Shown here: positions 27,952-35,987 of the stretch, one piece after another | Layout of the letters: the number at the start of each line of letters is the position of its first letter | Numbering within the stretch: position 1 is the stretch's first letter | Assembly: GCA_036676495.1 (NCBI GenBank) | Contig: JAKFCT010000008.1 | Coordinates: 1-49,238 of the forward strand | Reading direction: 5' to 3' | DNA from: Candidatus Sericytochromatia bacterium | GTDB lineage: Bacteria > Cyanobacteriota > Sericytochromatia > S15B-MN24 > UBA4093 | Length of the DNA stretch: 49,238 bases | Program-made: the position numbers and the translations under genes | The notes under the pieces: model-generated | Databases searched by the model: none | The model's input: the letters and a program-made list of their open reading frames with translations, nothing else | What the model was told of the DNA's origin: nothing

Positions 27952-29571
27952 CTATTGTTCCAGCTTGAGCACCATCAAGGTGACGTCATCGTCCTGAGGC
28001 TGGCCCTCCTGGAACTCCTTCAAGCTCGTGAGGATGGCCTCGCGGATCCGCTCGGCGGTTTGGCGCTGGTGTAGCCAGAGGAGCTCTTCCAGGCGCTCGA
28101 AGCCGAATTCCTCACCCTGGGGATTCTTGGCCTCGATGATCCCGTCCGTGTAGAAGACCAGGACGTCTCCGGGCCCGATGCTGCCCTCCCGGATCGGGAA
28201 CTGGGTATGGGGACGGACTCCAAGGGGGTAGGCGGAGGGCTTCAGGGAGATCAGGCGGCCGTCACGAGCCTGGAGCTGGTAGGGGTAGTGATGCCCCGCG
28301 TTGGTGTAGTGGATCCGGCGCTCCTGCAGGTCGACCAGCGCGTAGAAGAAGGTCATGAAGCGCCGCTCGGCCGTCGCCGAGAAGACCATCTCGTTGAGGC
28401 CGGTGATGACTGTGGCCGCGTCGGGATCGCGCCCCACCTGCATGTGGAAGGCGCTCTTGGCCATGGCCATCAGGAGGGCGGCGCCCAGGCCGTGCCCGTT
28501 GACGTCACCGATGGCGATCGCCAGGCGATGCTCGTCCAGCGGTACGAGGTCGTAGTAGTCTCCGCCCACCTCGTCGGCGGGCTTCAGGTAAAATGCGATG
28601 TCCAGGCCTTCGATGACCGGAGGCGTCTGAGGCAGCATGGACTGCTGGATCTTGGTCCCCATCTCGAGCTCTTGGCGGTAGCGCTCCTGGTCGAGGAGTC
28701 GCTTCTGCTGCTCTTGAAGTTCCGCGGCCATCTGGTCGATGGCCAGGTGAAGCTTGCCGACCTCGTCTTTCGGGCCGTCGGTCCTTGCCCCCCCGGGGGA
28801 GTAGGCCCCGGCGGCAATCTGCTGGGTCGTGACGGTGAGGCGGCGCAAGGGAGCTATCACCATCCGGTTGAGGCCGATGATCAGGCCGATGGAGATGAGT
28901 GCGACCAGCAGGAAGGCGATGAGCATACCCTGGGTGCGAAGGAGGGCGAGCTTCCGGTCGAGGGAGGCGAGCGAGAACTCGATCTCGGCGACGGCCGCCG
29001 GCTGATCCATGACGAACATGGGGGCGATCATCCGGAGGGTGTGCCCGTTGGGGCCGTGCTCCTCGACGGAGAGCGGCTCGCGCGTCTCCAGGACGGTCTT
29101 CAGCTCGCGCAGGGGGGCGATCGCCTCGGCGTCCGCCGGGTCGGTCGTCTGATCCACCTCCTCGGCATCGGTGCTGGCGATGACCACGTACTCGCGATTC
29201 ACCAGGCGCAGGTGGCGCACGTTGGGAAGCTGGCTCACCTCGGCGACCAGATGGGTCAGCTTGGGGGCGTTGTAGAGGTCGGTCTCGGTGATGATGCCGA
29301 GGTTGATGGCCTTGGTCCGGAAAAGCAGCTCGCTCTGGAGCTGGCTGAGGGCTTCCTGGCGCTGGTGTCCGACGACCATGGTGACGATGCCCATCACGAC
29401 GACGGCCTGTATGGCCAGGATCAAGAGGATCAGCTTGACGCCCAGGTTGCTGAAGAAGGCCTGGATGAGGATGGTGACGAGGGCCATGAGCCGCACGCCA
29501 TCGCGCCCGGGCGACTCCGGGGGAGGGGGCGGCAGCAGGACGCCGGTTTGAACCTGGGACGGGGGCGTCAT
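27952..29571 (-). CDS. Membrane sensor with HAMP and SpoIIE/RsbU-type PP2C phosphatase domains
   Basis: Two TMs flanking a sensor domain, HAMP (PLRRL...DEVGKL), VGGDYYD, IGDVNGHG, NAGH, YTDGIIE, DDVT; ATG 29571 overlaps the upstream TGA. Confidence 0.92.
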   Translation of the reverse strand: MTPPSQVQTGVLLPPPPPESPGRDGVRLMALVTILIQAFFSNLGVKLILLILAIQAVVVMGIVTMVVGHQRQEALSQLQSELLFRTKAINLGIITETDLYNAPKLTHLVAEVSQLPNVRHLRLVNREYVVIASTDAEEVDQTTDPADAEAIAPLRELKTVLETREPLSVEEHGPNGHTLRMIAPMFVMDQPAAVAEIEFSLASLDRKLALLRTQGMLIAFLLVALISIGLIIGLNRMVIAPLRRLTVTTQQIAAGAYSPGGARTDGPKDEVGKLHLAIDQMAAELQEQQKRLLDQERYRQELEMGTKIQQSMLPQTPPVIEGLDIAFYLKPADEVGGDYYDLVPLDEHRLAIAIGDVNGHGLGAALLMAMAKSAFHMQVGRDPDAATVITGLNEMVFSATAERRFMTFFYALVDLQERRIHYTNAGHHYPYQLQARDGRLISLKPSAYPLGVRPHTQFPIREGSIGPGDVLVFYTDGIIEAKNPQGEEFGFERLEELLWLHQRQTAERIREAILTSLKEFQEGQPQDDDVTLMVLKLEQ

Positions 29572-30299
29572 CAGAGGCTGAACCACTTGGCATAGAGCTT
29601 GGAGTAACGCCCGTCAGCCTTCATCTTGGCGAGTTGCTCGTCGAAACGCCGGATGAGCGCCTTCGAGCGCGGGGAGGCCACGATGCCGTAGCGCTCCGCC
29701 GTGAGGGTCCCTCCGATGATCTTGAGATCCTTGCGTTGCTTCATCTCGTTGAGGGCCACCGGCAGATCGACCACCACGGCTCCGATCCGGCCTTGGTTCA
29801 GCTCGCCGAAGGCCTGGGCGATGTCGGGGTAGCGCTTGATGCCCTGGCTGCTGAGCTGCTTCGTGGCGGCTTCCTCGCCGGTGGTGGCTTGCTGGACGCC
29901 GACGAGCACGTCCTTGAGCTCGGTTCGGGTCCGAAGCTTCGAAGCCTTGGTCACGACGATGGCTTGCCCCGCGTCGAAATAGCTTTCAGAAAAGGCAAGG
30001 GTCTTCCGGCGCTCGGGGGTGATGGTCCAGGACGAGATGGCGGCATCCAGCTTGCCGGAAGCCAGCAGCTTGGGCTGGTCGGTGAAGGCGACGTTCTGGA
30101 GGGTGACGGTTTCACCCATTCCCTTGGCGAGCTCCCGGATCAGGTCGATCTCGAAGCCGGCGTTCCGTTTGCCCTCGAGGTAGGAGAGGGGCGGGAAGTT
30201 GGGTTCGGTTCCGATGACCAGGGGTTTTGTTGCGGCTCCGACCGCCGGGGCCGACGCCAAGAGGATGCCGAGAATCGCAACGAGCCAGCCACTGCGCAT
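29571..30299 (-). CDS. Polar amino acid ABC-type substrate-binding protein (SBP family 3)
   Basis: Signal peptide; GTEPNFPP, GFEIDL, TITPERRKTLAFSESY, GVQQATTG, MKADGRYSKLYAKWF; GGAGG RBS. Confidence 0.92.
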   Translation of the reverse strand: MRSGWLVAILGILLASAPAVGAATKPLVIGTEPNFPPLSYLEGKRNAGFEIDLIRELAKGMGETVTLQNVAFTDQPKLLASGKLDAAISSWTITPERRKTLAFSESYFDAGQAIVVTKASKLRTRTELKDVLVGVQQATTGEEAATKQLSSQGIKRYPDIAQAFGELNQGRIGAVVVDLPVALNEMKQRKDLKIIGGTLTAERYGIVASPRSKALIRRFDEQLAKMKADGRYSKLYAKWFSL

Positions 30300-30319
30300 G
30301 CGCCCTCCAATCACACGAA

Positions 30320-30363
30320 ACGTTTCCTCAGGTCAGCCTCGCTGCCTTACGAACCAGCCGCGA
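30320..30363. repeat. 44-bp dispersed repeat copy (inverted relative to 31522-31565)
   Basis: 37/44 identical to the reverse complement of 31522-31565 by manual alignment. Confidence 0.8.
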
Positions 30364-30416
30364 CGAGAAACCGAGCCTTGCGCGCCACGGCGGGTTCGCC
30401 GCGGACGCCGCGTCAT

Positions 30417-30866
30417 TCAGGATTTGATGAGCGTCCTCACGATGTCCGCCCGGCTGATGATGCCGGCCAGGCGACCGGCGGCGTCCACCACCGGGAGACG
30501 GTTGTAGCCGCGATCGGCCATGATCGCGGCAGCCTCGGAGATGTCGGCGTCGGCGGAGATGGTGACGACCGGGCTGGTCATGACATCGCGGACACGGGCG
30601 CCGACGGTCTTCTTGATCTCCTCGATGACATGCTCGCGGTTGTCGAGCTGGATGAGGCCGTCCAAGAGGAAGAGGTAGGCGGGCGGCTTGAGGGGGCGAT
30701 CGCGGAAGATCAGGTCTCCCTCCGTCACGATGCCGACCACGCGATCTCCGTCCACGACCGGGAAGCCGCTCACATGGTGCTTCTCCCAGAGCTCGAGGAC
30801 CTCCTGGATGGTCATCGACGGGGTCACCGACCAGACCTCCTGGGTCATGACGTCACGAACGAGCAT
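30417..30866 (-). CDS. CBS-domain pair protein
   Basis: VRDVMT twice, SGFPVVD, GIVTEGDL, RLPVVD, GIISRADIV. Confidence 0.92.
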   Translation of the reverse strand: MLVRDVMTQEVWSVTPSMTIQEVLELWEKHHVSGFPVVDGDRVVGIVTEGDLIFRDRPLKPPAYLFLLDGLIQLDNREHVIEEIKKTVGARVRDVMTSPVVTISADADISEAAAIMADRGYNRLPVVDAAGRLAGIISRADIVRTLIKS

Positions 30867-30874
30867 TTCCCCTC

Positions 30875-31402
30875 CTAGAGTGCCGGGACGGTGTACCGTC
30901 CCCAGGTGGACATGAAGACGCTGATGATGGCGACGGTGAAGAGCAGGCGCAGGCCGTCAGGCCCGAAGAGCGCGAGGACGGCGCCGATACCCGAGCGGAA
31001 CGCATGATCTAGGGCGCGCTTGTCGCTCAACTCGGCGACCACGGCTCCGATCAGCGCGCCAAGGAGGGCGACTAGCAGGCTGCCGCCCAGGAAGAGCCCG
31101 ATCAGCACGCCGATGAGAGCGCCCCAGGCGGTTCGCTCTCCGACCCAGCGGACCCGCAGGTCGAAGCGGCGCGTGAGCGGCTCGATGAAGAAGCCCAGGG
31201 CGGCGATCGCCATGGTGAGCACGAAGGCGACGAGCCGGAAGGGGGCTGCCCCGACGGTCAGCGTCATCCAGGCCCCGTAGGCGAGGGCGGAGAAAAAGGC
31301 CAGGGCATGGCCCAGCCGCCGGGGAACGAGGGCGAGGAAGAGGGCGATCGCCATGACGACGAGCACCGCGAGGTAGAACAACGGCTGGAATGACGTAGGC
31401 AC
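30875..31402 (-). CDS. Small membrane protein, DUF456-like
   Basis: Hydrophobic, 'WGALIGVLIGLF...GALIGAVVAEL' pattern; AGGAGG RBS before GTG. Confidence 0.65.
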   Translation of the reverse strand: MPTSFQPLFYLAVLVVMAIALFLALVPRRLGHALAFFSALAYGAWMTLTVGAAPFRLVAFVLTMAIAALGFFIEPLTRRFDLRVRWVGERTAWGALIGVLIGLFLGGSLLVALLGALIGAVVAELSDKRALDHAFRSGIGAVLALFGPDGLRLLFTVAIISVFMSTWGRYTVPAL

Positions 31403-31521
31403 GGACTAACCCTCCTAAGGAGCTTCCGTGCCATTGTACCAGAATCTCTCGCTCAGCGATCCGGCCCCTATAGTCCGAATGACCCAGAGGGCCTCCGCTC
31501 GAACGGCGGAGGGCCTGGCGC

Positions 31522-31639
31522 TCGCGGCTGTTTCGAAAGGCAGCGCAGCTGACCTGTAGAAACGAGAGGCTAGAGATCGCGGCTGTTTCGAAGCGCCTGC
31601 GGCTAGGGTTGGGAAAGCGTGGCTGACCTGTAGAAACGA
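31522..31639. repeat. Two tandem modular copies of the dispersed repeat
   Basis: TCGCGGCTGTTTCGAA at 31522 and 31577; GCTGACCTGTAGAAACGA at 31548 and 31622. Confidence 0.85.
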
Positions 31640-31677
31640 CGTTCGCTCTCGGAAAGCCGGATCGGCCGATGGAAGAG

Positions 31678-32673
31678 TCAGGGGGTCGGAGTTCCCAGCG
31701 CGCGCCGCTCGGCATGGCGCGTGAGAGCGAAGGAGATAAGGCGATCGAAGAGCTCAGGCAGCATGATGCCGGCTGCGCGTGCCTCCTTGGGAAGCAAGCT
31801 GCCCTCCGTGAGGCCGGGGATGGTGTTGGTCTCCAGCACGAAGATTTCCCCGGCGGGGGTGATGCGCATATCCGTGCGCGACATGCCCCAGCAGCCCAGG
31901 GCCTTGTGCGCCTTGACGGCGAGCTCCTGGACCTGCTGGGTCAGCTCGGGGCTGATCCGGGCGGGCACGATCTCCTCGGCGGCTCCGGGAGTGTACTTCG
32001 CCTCGAAGTCGAACCATTCGCCCGCCGGCACGATCTCGACGATGGGGAGGGCCTGCAGGTCGCGGCCTCCGATCACTCCGCAGGTGACCTCGGTGCCGGG
32101 CACGAAGCGCTCGATCAGGATCTCCGGGCTGAACGAGGCGGCTCCCTTCCAGGCGGCCTCGAACTCCTCGGCGCGTCTCACGATGTAGACGCCGAAGCTG
32201 GAGCCCTGGTTATCCGCCTTGAGGACGAACGGGTAGCCGAAGCGGAATTCCGCCACTCGCGCGACCTCCTGGGCTCCGGGCAAGGGAGAGTAGCGCAGGT
32301 CGTAGGCCAGGGCATCGGCGGTGGGGATGTCGTTGGCCTGGTAGACCTGCTTGGTCCGCCACTTGTTCATGGCCAGCGCGCTCGCGTAGACTCCCGAGCC
32401 CGTGTAGGGCATGTCCAGCAGGTCGAGGGCTCCTTGAAGGGTGCCGTCCTCGCCGCCTTCGCCATGCAGGGCGATGAAGGCCACGTCGAAGCGGGACTTG
32501 AGTTCGGACCAGTCGATCGAAGCGGGAGGGAGAAGGTCCTTGAGGTCGACGACCTCAGCAGCGAAACGCTCGGGATCCAGGTTGCGGCGCACCATTTCCC
32601 CGGATCGCAGGCTGACGTCCCGCTCGGAGGAGAAGCCGCCGGCGAGGATCGCCACCCTAACCTTCTTGCTCAT
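31678..32673 (-). CDS. ddl: D-alanine--D-alanine ligase
   Basis: GGFSSERDVSLRSG, LHGEGGEDG, PYTGSG, GSSFG, FDFEAKY, ETNTIPGLT. Confidence 0.96.
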   Translation of the reverse strand: MSKKVRVAILAGGFSSERDVSLRSGEMVRRNLDPERFAAEVVDLKDLLPPASIDWSELKSRFDVAFIALHGEGGEDGTLQGALDLLDMPYTGSGVYASALAMNKWRTKQVYQANDIPTADALAYDLRYSPLPGAQEVARVAEFRFGYPFVLKADNQGSSFGVYIVRRAEEFEAAWKGAASFSPEILIERFVPGTEVTCGVIGGRDLQALPIVEIVPAGEWFDFEAKYTPGAAEEIVPARISPELTQQVQELAVKAHKALGCWGMSRTDMRITPAGEIFVLETNTIPGLTEGSLLPKEARAAGIMLPELFDRLISFALTRHAERRALGTPTP

Positions 32674-32727
32674 TGATCGCTCCTAAAAAGTAAAAGGGGC
32701 TCCCCCCAGCCGGGGGGAGCCGATTCA

Positions 32728-33801
32728 TTACGCTCCGAGCCGGGTGCCCTTGCCGATGATCGAGTCGTCGGCGAGCACCACATCCCCGGAGAGATGGCTA
32801 TGGGGGCCAATCTGGCTGCTGCGGCCCACGATGCAGCGCTGGATTCGCGCATCCTCGCCGACGAAGGTGTCGGCGCCGACCACCGCATGGGCGACGGAGG
32901 CCCCATCGTCGATGATGACGTTGCGGTCCAGGACGGCGTACTCGTTGAGGGCGGCCTTCTTGCGGATCTTGGAGCCGGGGCCGATGAAGGCCGGGCCCCG
33001 CACCGTGGCGGAGTCGTCGATGTGGGCGCCCTCGGCCACCCAGACGTTGGGGATCAGCTCGGTGGCGGGCATGGTCACCTTCACCCGACCGCGCAGCACG
33101 TCGACGTGGGCTTCCATGTACTTGGCGGGGTTGCCGATGTCGATCCAGTAGGCGTCGGTGACGTGGCCGCTCATCCGCGCATCGATGTTGAGAAGGTGCG
33201 GGAAGAGGCCGCGCTCGAACATGTGGGGCTCACCCTGGGGGACGTACTGGAAGACGTCCGGATCGAGGACGTAGATGCCGGCGTTCACGGTGTCGACCTT
33301 GAACATGGCGGCTTCTTCGGCCGTCGGCTTCTCGTGGAAGCGCGTGATCCGCTGGTCGCCGTCGAGGAAGACCAGGCCGAACTGGGTTGGATCCTGCACC
33401 TTGATGAGCGTCAAGGTGGCCTTGGCTCGGGTGCGCTTGTGGGTCTCGATGACGGCCGTAAGGTCGACGTCCGTGAGGACATCTCCATTGAAGACCAGCA
33501 TCGGCTCGTCGTTGAAGAACTCGGCGGCGTTCTTGACGGCGCCGGCCGTGCCCAGCGGCTCAGACTCGTAGGAGTAGAAGAGTTTCACGCCGAACTGGGA
33601 GCCGTCGCCCAGGACGTTCTTGATGGAATCCGAGAGGTAGTGGAGGTTGATGATGATCTCGGTGATCCCGTGATCGCGCAGCAGCTCGATCTGGTAAAGC
33701 AGGAACGGCTTGCCGAACAAGGGCACCATCGGCTTGGGGGTGTTGTAGGTGAGGGGGCGAAGGCGGGTGCCCGAGCCTCCGGCGATGATGACGGCGCGCA
33801 T
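32728..33801 (-). CDS. NDP-sugar pyrophosphorylase (mannose-1-phosphate guanylyltransferase-like)
   Basis: AGGSGTRLRPLT, PKPM, EPLGTAGA, NGD, EKP, WIDIG; C-terminal hexapeptide repeats. Confidence 0.9.
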   Translation of the reverse strand: MRAVIIAGGSGTRLRPLTYNTPKPMVPLFGKPFLLYQIELLRDHGITEIIINLHYLSDSIKNVLGDGSQFGVKLFYSYESEPLGTAGAVKNAAEFFNDEPMLVFNGDVLTDVDLTAVIETHKRTRAKATLTLIKVQDPTQFGLVFLDGDQRITRFHEKPTAEEAAMFKVDTVNAGIYVLDPDVFQYVPQGEPHMFERGLFPHLLNIDARMSGHVTDAYWIDIGNPAKYMEAHVDVLRGRVKVTMPATELIPNVWVAEGAHIDDSATVRGPAFIGPGSKIRKKAALNEYAVLDRNVIIDDGASVAHAVVGADTFVGEDARIQRCIVGRSSQIGPHSHLSGDVVLADDSIIGKGTRLGA

Positions 33802-34850
33802 CAGGCTTTACCTGCCATGCGGTTCTTGAGGTTCGAGATGGCCTCGACCGGGGTGGGGTCGATCCCGGCCATGGTAGCGAGGTAGACCGAGACGTAGTCG
33901 CCCAGGTAGACCAGGCTCATCTGGCGGGTGAGCTTGTCGGGACCGGCGCCCACGAGTTCGTAGACGGCGTCCACCTGCGGGCGCAGGATGTCCCGGGCGA
34001 TGTCGAGCTGACGAGCCAGCAACGCCGGGTCCTCGGAGTCGCGGAGGATCACCATGACGTGGTCGGGGTGGGGCTTGGCGCCCAGGTTGACGATCTCGTT
34101 ATGGGTGAGTTCGGGGAAGACGTTGGCGAGCGTCGTCATCTTGGAGTTTTCGTTGATCTGGCACTTCCAGCGGGTGGTGACCGCCTCGGTGGAGGGGTGG
34201 ATGCCGAAGATCACCGGCATCTTGCCCGCAAGCGCCTGGGCGAGCTGCTTGGCGGGGTTCTTCTCGGTGGGAACCTCGGGCAAGTAGGTGTCGCGTTCGG
34301 CGCGGAGCTGGGCGACCACGGCCGCGGGGTCGAGGCCCTCGACGCCGGGAAGCTGGCTCAGGAGGCCAAGCAGCGAGAAGTAGAGCTCACCGAGGGCGGC
34401 GCGAGGCTGCCAGCCGGGCTCGACGGAGACGAACGGCAGGCCGTGCTGAGCGGCCAGCTCACCGAAGCGGCCGCCGGAGGTGACGAGCACGACGGGAATC
34501 TTGCGAGCGATCGCCGCTTCGAGGCAGCCAAGGGTCTCCGCGGTGTTGCCCGAGTACGAGAGCAGGATGACCAGGTCGTCTGCGCCCAGGTAGGCCGGGA
34601 GGTGCGAGTGACGGCTGACGGCGATGGGGACGCCGCAGCGATCGAAAAGCAGGTTACGGGCGAGATCCCCGCTGATGGCCGAGCCGCCCATGCCGCCGAT
34701 CAGCACCTGGCGGGGCTTGGCGTTGGGAAGGGTAACGGCGCGTCCTCGCGCGAAGGCGGCCTCGGCCACCTCGGGCAGGCGGAACAGGTAATCGAACATG
34801 CCGCTGGGATCAGCGGCCGTCATCTGGGCGGGGTCGTTCAAAAGCAGCAT
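33801..34850 (-). CDS. Bifunctional phosphoglucose/phosphomannose isomerase (SIS family)
   Basis: GMGGSAISGD, SYSGNTAET, QPRAA, RWKCQINENSK, PELTHNE, DPTPV. Confidence 0.92.
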   Translation of the reverse strand: MLLLNDPAQMTAADPSGMFDYLFRLPEVAEAAFARGRAVTLPNAKPRQVLIGGMGGSAISGDLARNLLFDRCGVPIAVSRHSHLPAYLGADDLVILLSYSGNTAETLGCLEAAIARKIPVVLVTSGGRFGELAAQHGLPFVSVEPGWQPRAALGELYFSLLGLLSQLPGVEGLDPAAVVAQLRAERDTYLPEVPTEKNPAKQLAQALAGKMPVIFGIHPSTEAVTTRWKCQINENSKMTTLANVFPELTHNEIVNLGAKPHPDHVMVILRDSEDPALLARQLDIARDILRPQVDAVYELVGAGPDKLTRQMSLVYLGDYVSVYLATMAGIDPTPVEAISNLKNRMAGKA

Positions 34851-34977
34851 GACATCCTCTTCAACGTTCATGAGCGGCGGCAATCTGCGCAACAGGGCGG
34901 AGTGGCTGGAATTAAGGCCCTAGGCCGTTCGAGGAGTTTTCCGGCGCCGCAGCGGTGATCATAGCACGCAAGCGCGA

Positions 34978-35955
34978 CTACTTCCAGACCTCCCCAAAGA
35001 CGCGTGCCCAGTTGCTTCCCAGGATCTTGGCGATGCGCTCCTCGCTGTAACCGCGCATCAGCATTCCCTCGGTAAGCGCCGGCAAGCACTGGACGCCGGT
35101 GAGCCGGGTGGGCGGAGCGGTAATCCCGTCGAAATCCGAGCCCAAGGCGACGTGATCCTCGCCGATGAGCCTGACCATGTAGTCGAGGTGGGCGAGCACG
35201 TCGTCCAGATCGGCGCCTCCGGTCGTCAGGAAGCCGGGAACGAAGGTGATGCCGACCAGACCGCCGCGCTCGGCGATCGCCTTCAGCTGCTCGTCTTTGA
35301 GATTGCGGGGATGATCGTGAAGGGTGCGGGCGTTGGCATGCGTCGCGACCACGGGGCCCCGGCTGGCCTTCAGCGCGTCCCAGAACCCCGGCTCCGCGAT
35401 ATGCGCCAGGTCCAGGACCACGCCGAGTTCGCCCATCCGCTCGACGAGGTCGTAACCCAGCTCGGTCAAGCCGGATGGATTGGGGCCGACCTTGAGGCCG
35501 TCGGCAAAGGGGTTGCGGCCGTTCCAGGTGAGCGCGATCATGCGCACTCCCAGCCGGTAGAAGACTTCCAGCAAGGAGACGTTCCCGGCCAGCGGCTCGG
35601 CTCCCTCGAAGGAGAAGCAGAACCCTGGAAGGCCAGGGTCGAGATCGCTCACCCGGAAGACCTGGCGCAACTCGGAGCGCTCGCGTTGCATGTCGAGGAA
35701 GGCGCTGATCATCGCGAGGGCCCGGACCGTGGCGCGCTCCCCCTGGTATTCCGGGGGCGTCCAGAGGGAGAAGACCTGACAGTTCACGCCGGCTTCCAGC
35801 AGCCGCGGCAGGTCGATGTGGAAGTCCGGGGAGGGCTCGAGAAAGTCATGGCCCTCCTCGAGCACCCGATCGAGCGTGTCGGCGTGCCCGTCGATGACGA
35901 GAAGCCGCCGATGCAGCTCCAGCGCCCGCTCATGGTAGGATATCGTCGTCGTCAT
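34978..35955 (-). CDS. Membrane dipeptidase (M19 family)
   Basis: DGHAD, EGAE, LTWN, DLAH, THAN, HPRN, GSDFDG. Confidence 0.93.
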   Translation of the reverse strand: MTTTISYHERALELHRRLLVIDGHADTLDRVLEEGHDFLEPSPDFHIDLPRLLEAGVNCQVFSLWTPPEYQGERATVRALAMISAFLDMQRERSELRQVFRVSDLDPGLPGFCFSFEGAEPLAGNVSLLEVFYRLGVRMIALTWNGRNPFADGLKVGPNPSGLTELGYDLVERMGELGVVLDLAHIAEPGFWDALKASRGPVVATHANARTLHDHPRNLKDEQLKAIAERGGLVGITFVPGFLTTGGADLDDVLAHLDYMVRLIGEDHVALGSDFDGITAPPTRLTGVQCLPALTEGMLMRGYSEERIAKILGSNWARVFGEVWK

Positions 35956-35987
35956 GGCTCATTCCTTCTAGATTCAGAGGCCCCGGT

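Noticed and set aside
31522-31639. CRISPR array (units run GTTTC...GAAAC)
   Set aside because: Only two units of unequal length with variable interiors, a short non-unique spacer and no cas genes.
31548-31639. Purine riboswitch (GTTTCTAC on the minus strand)
   Set aside because: The other conserved elements and the three-way junction are absent, and a homologous copy occurs in the opposite orientation.
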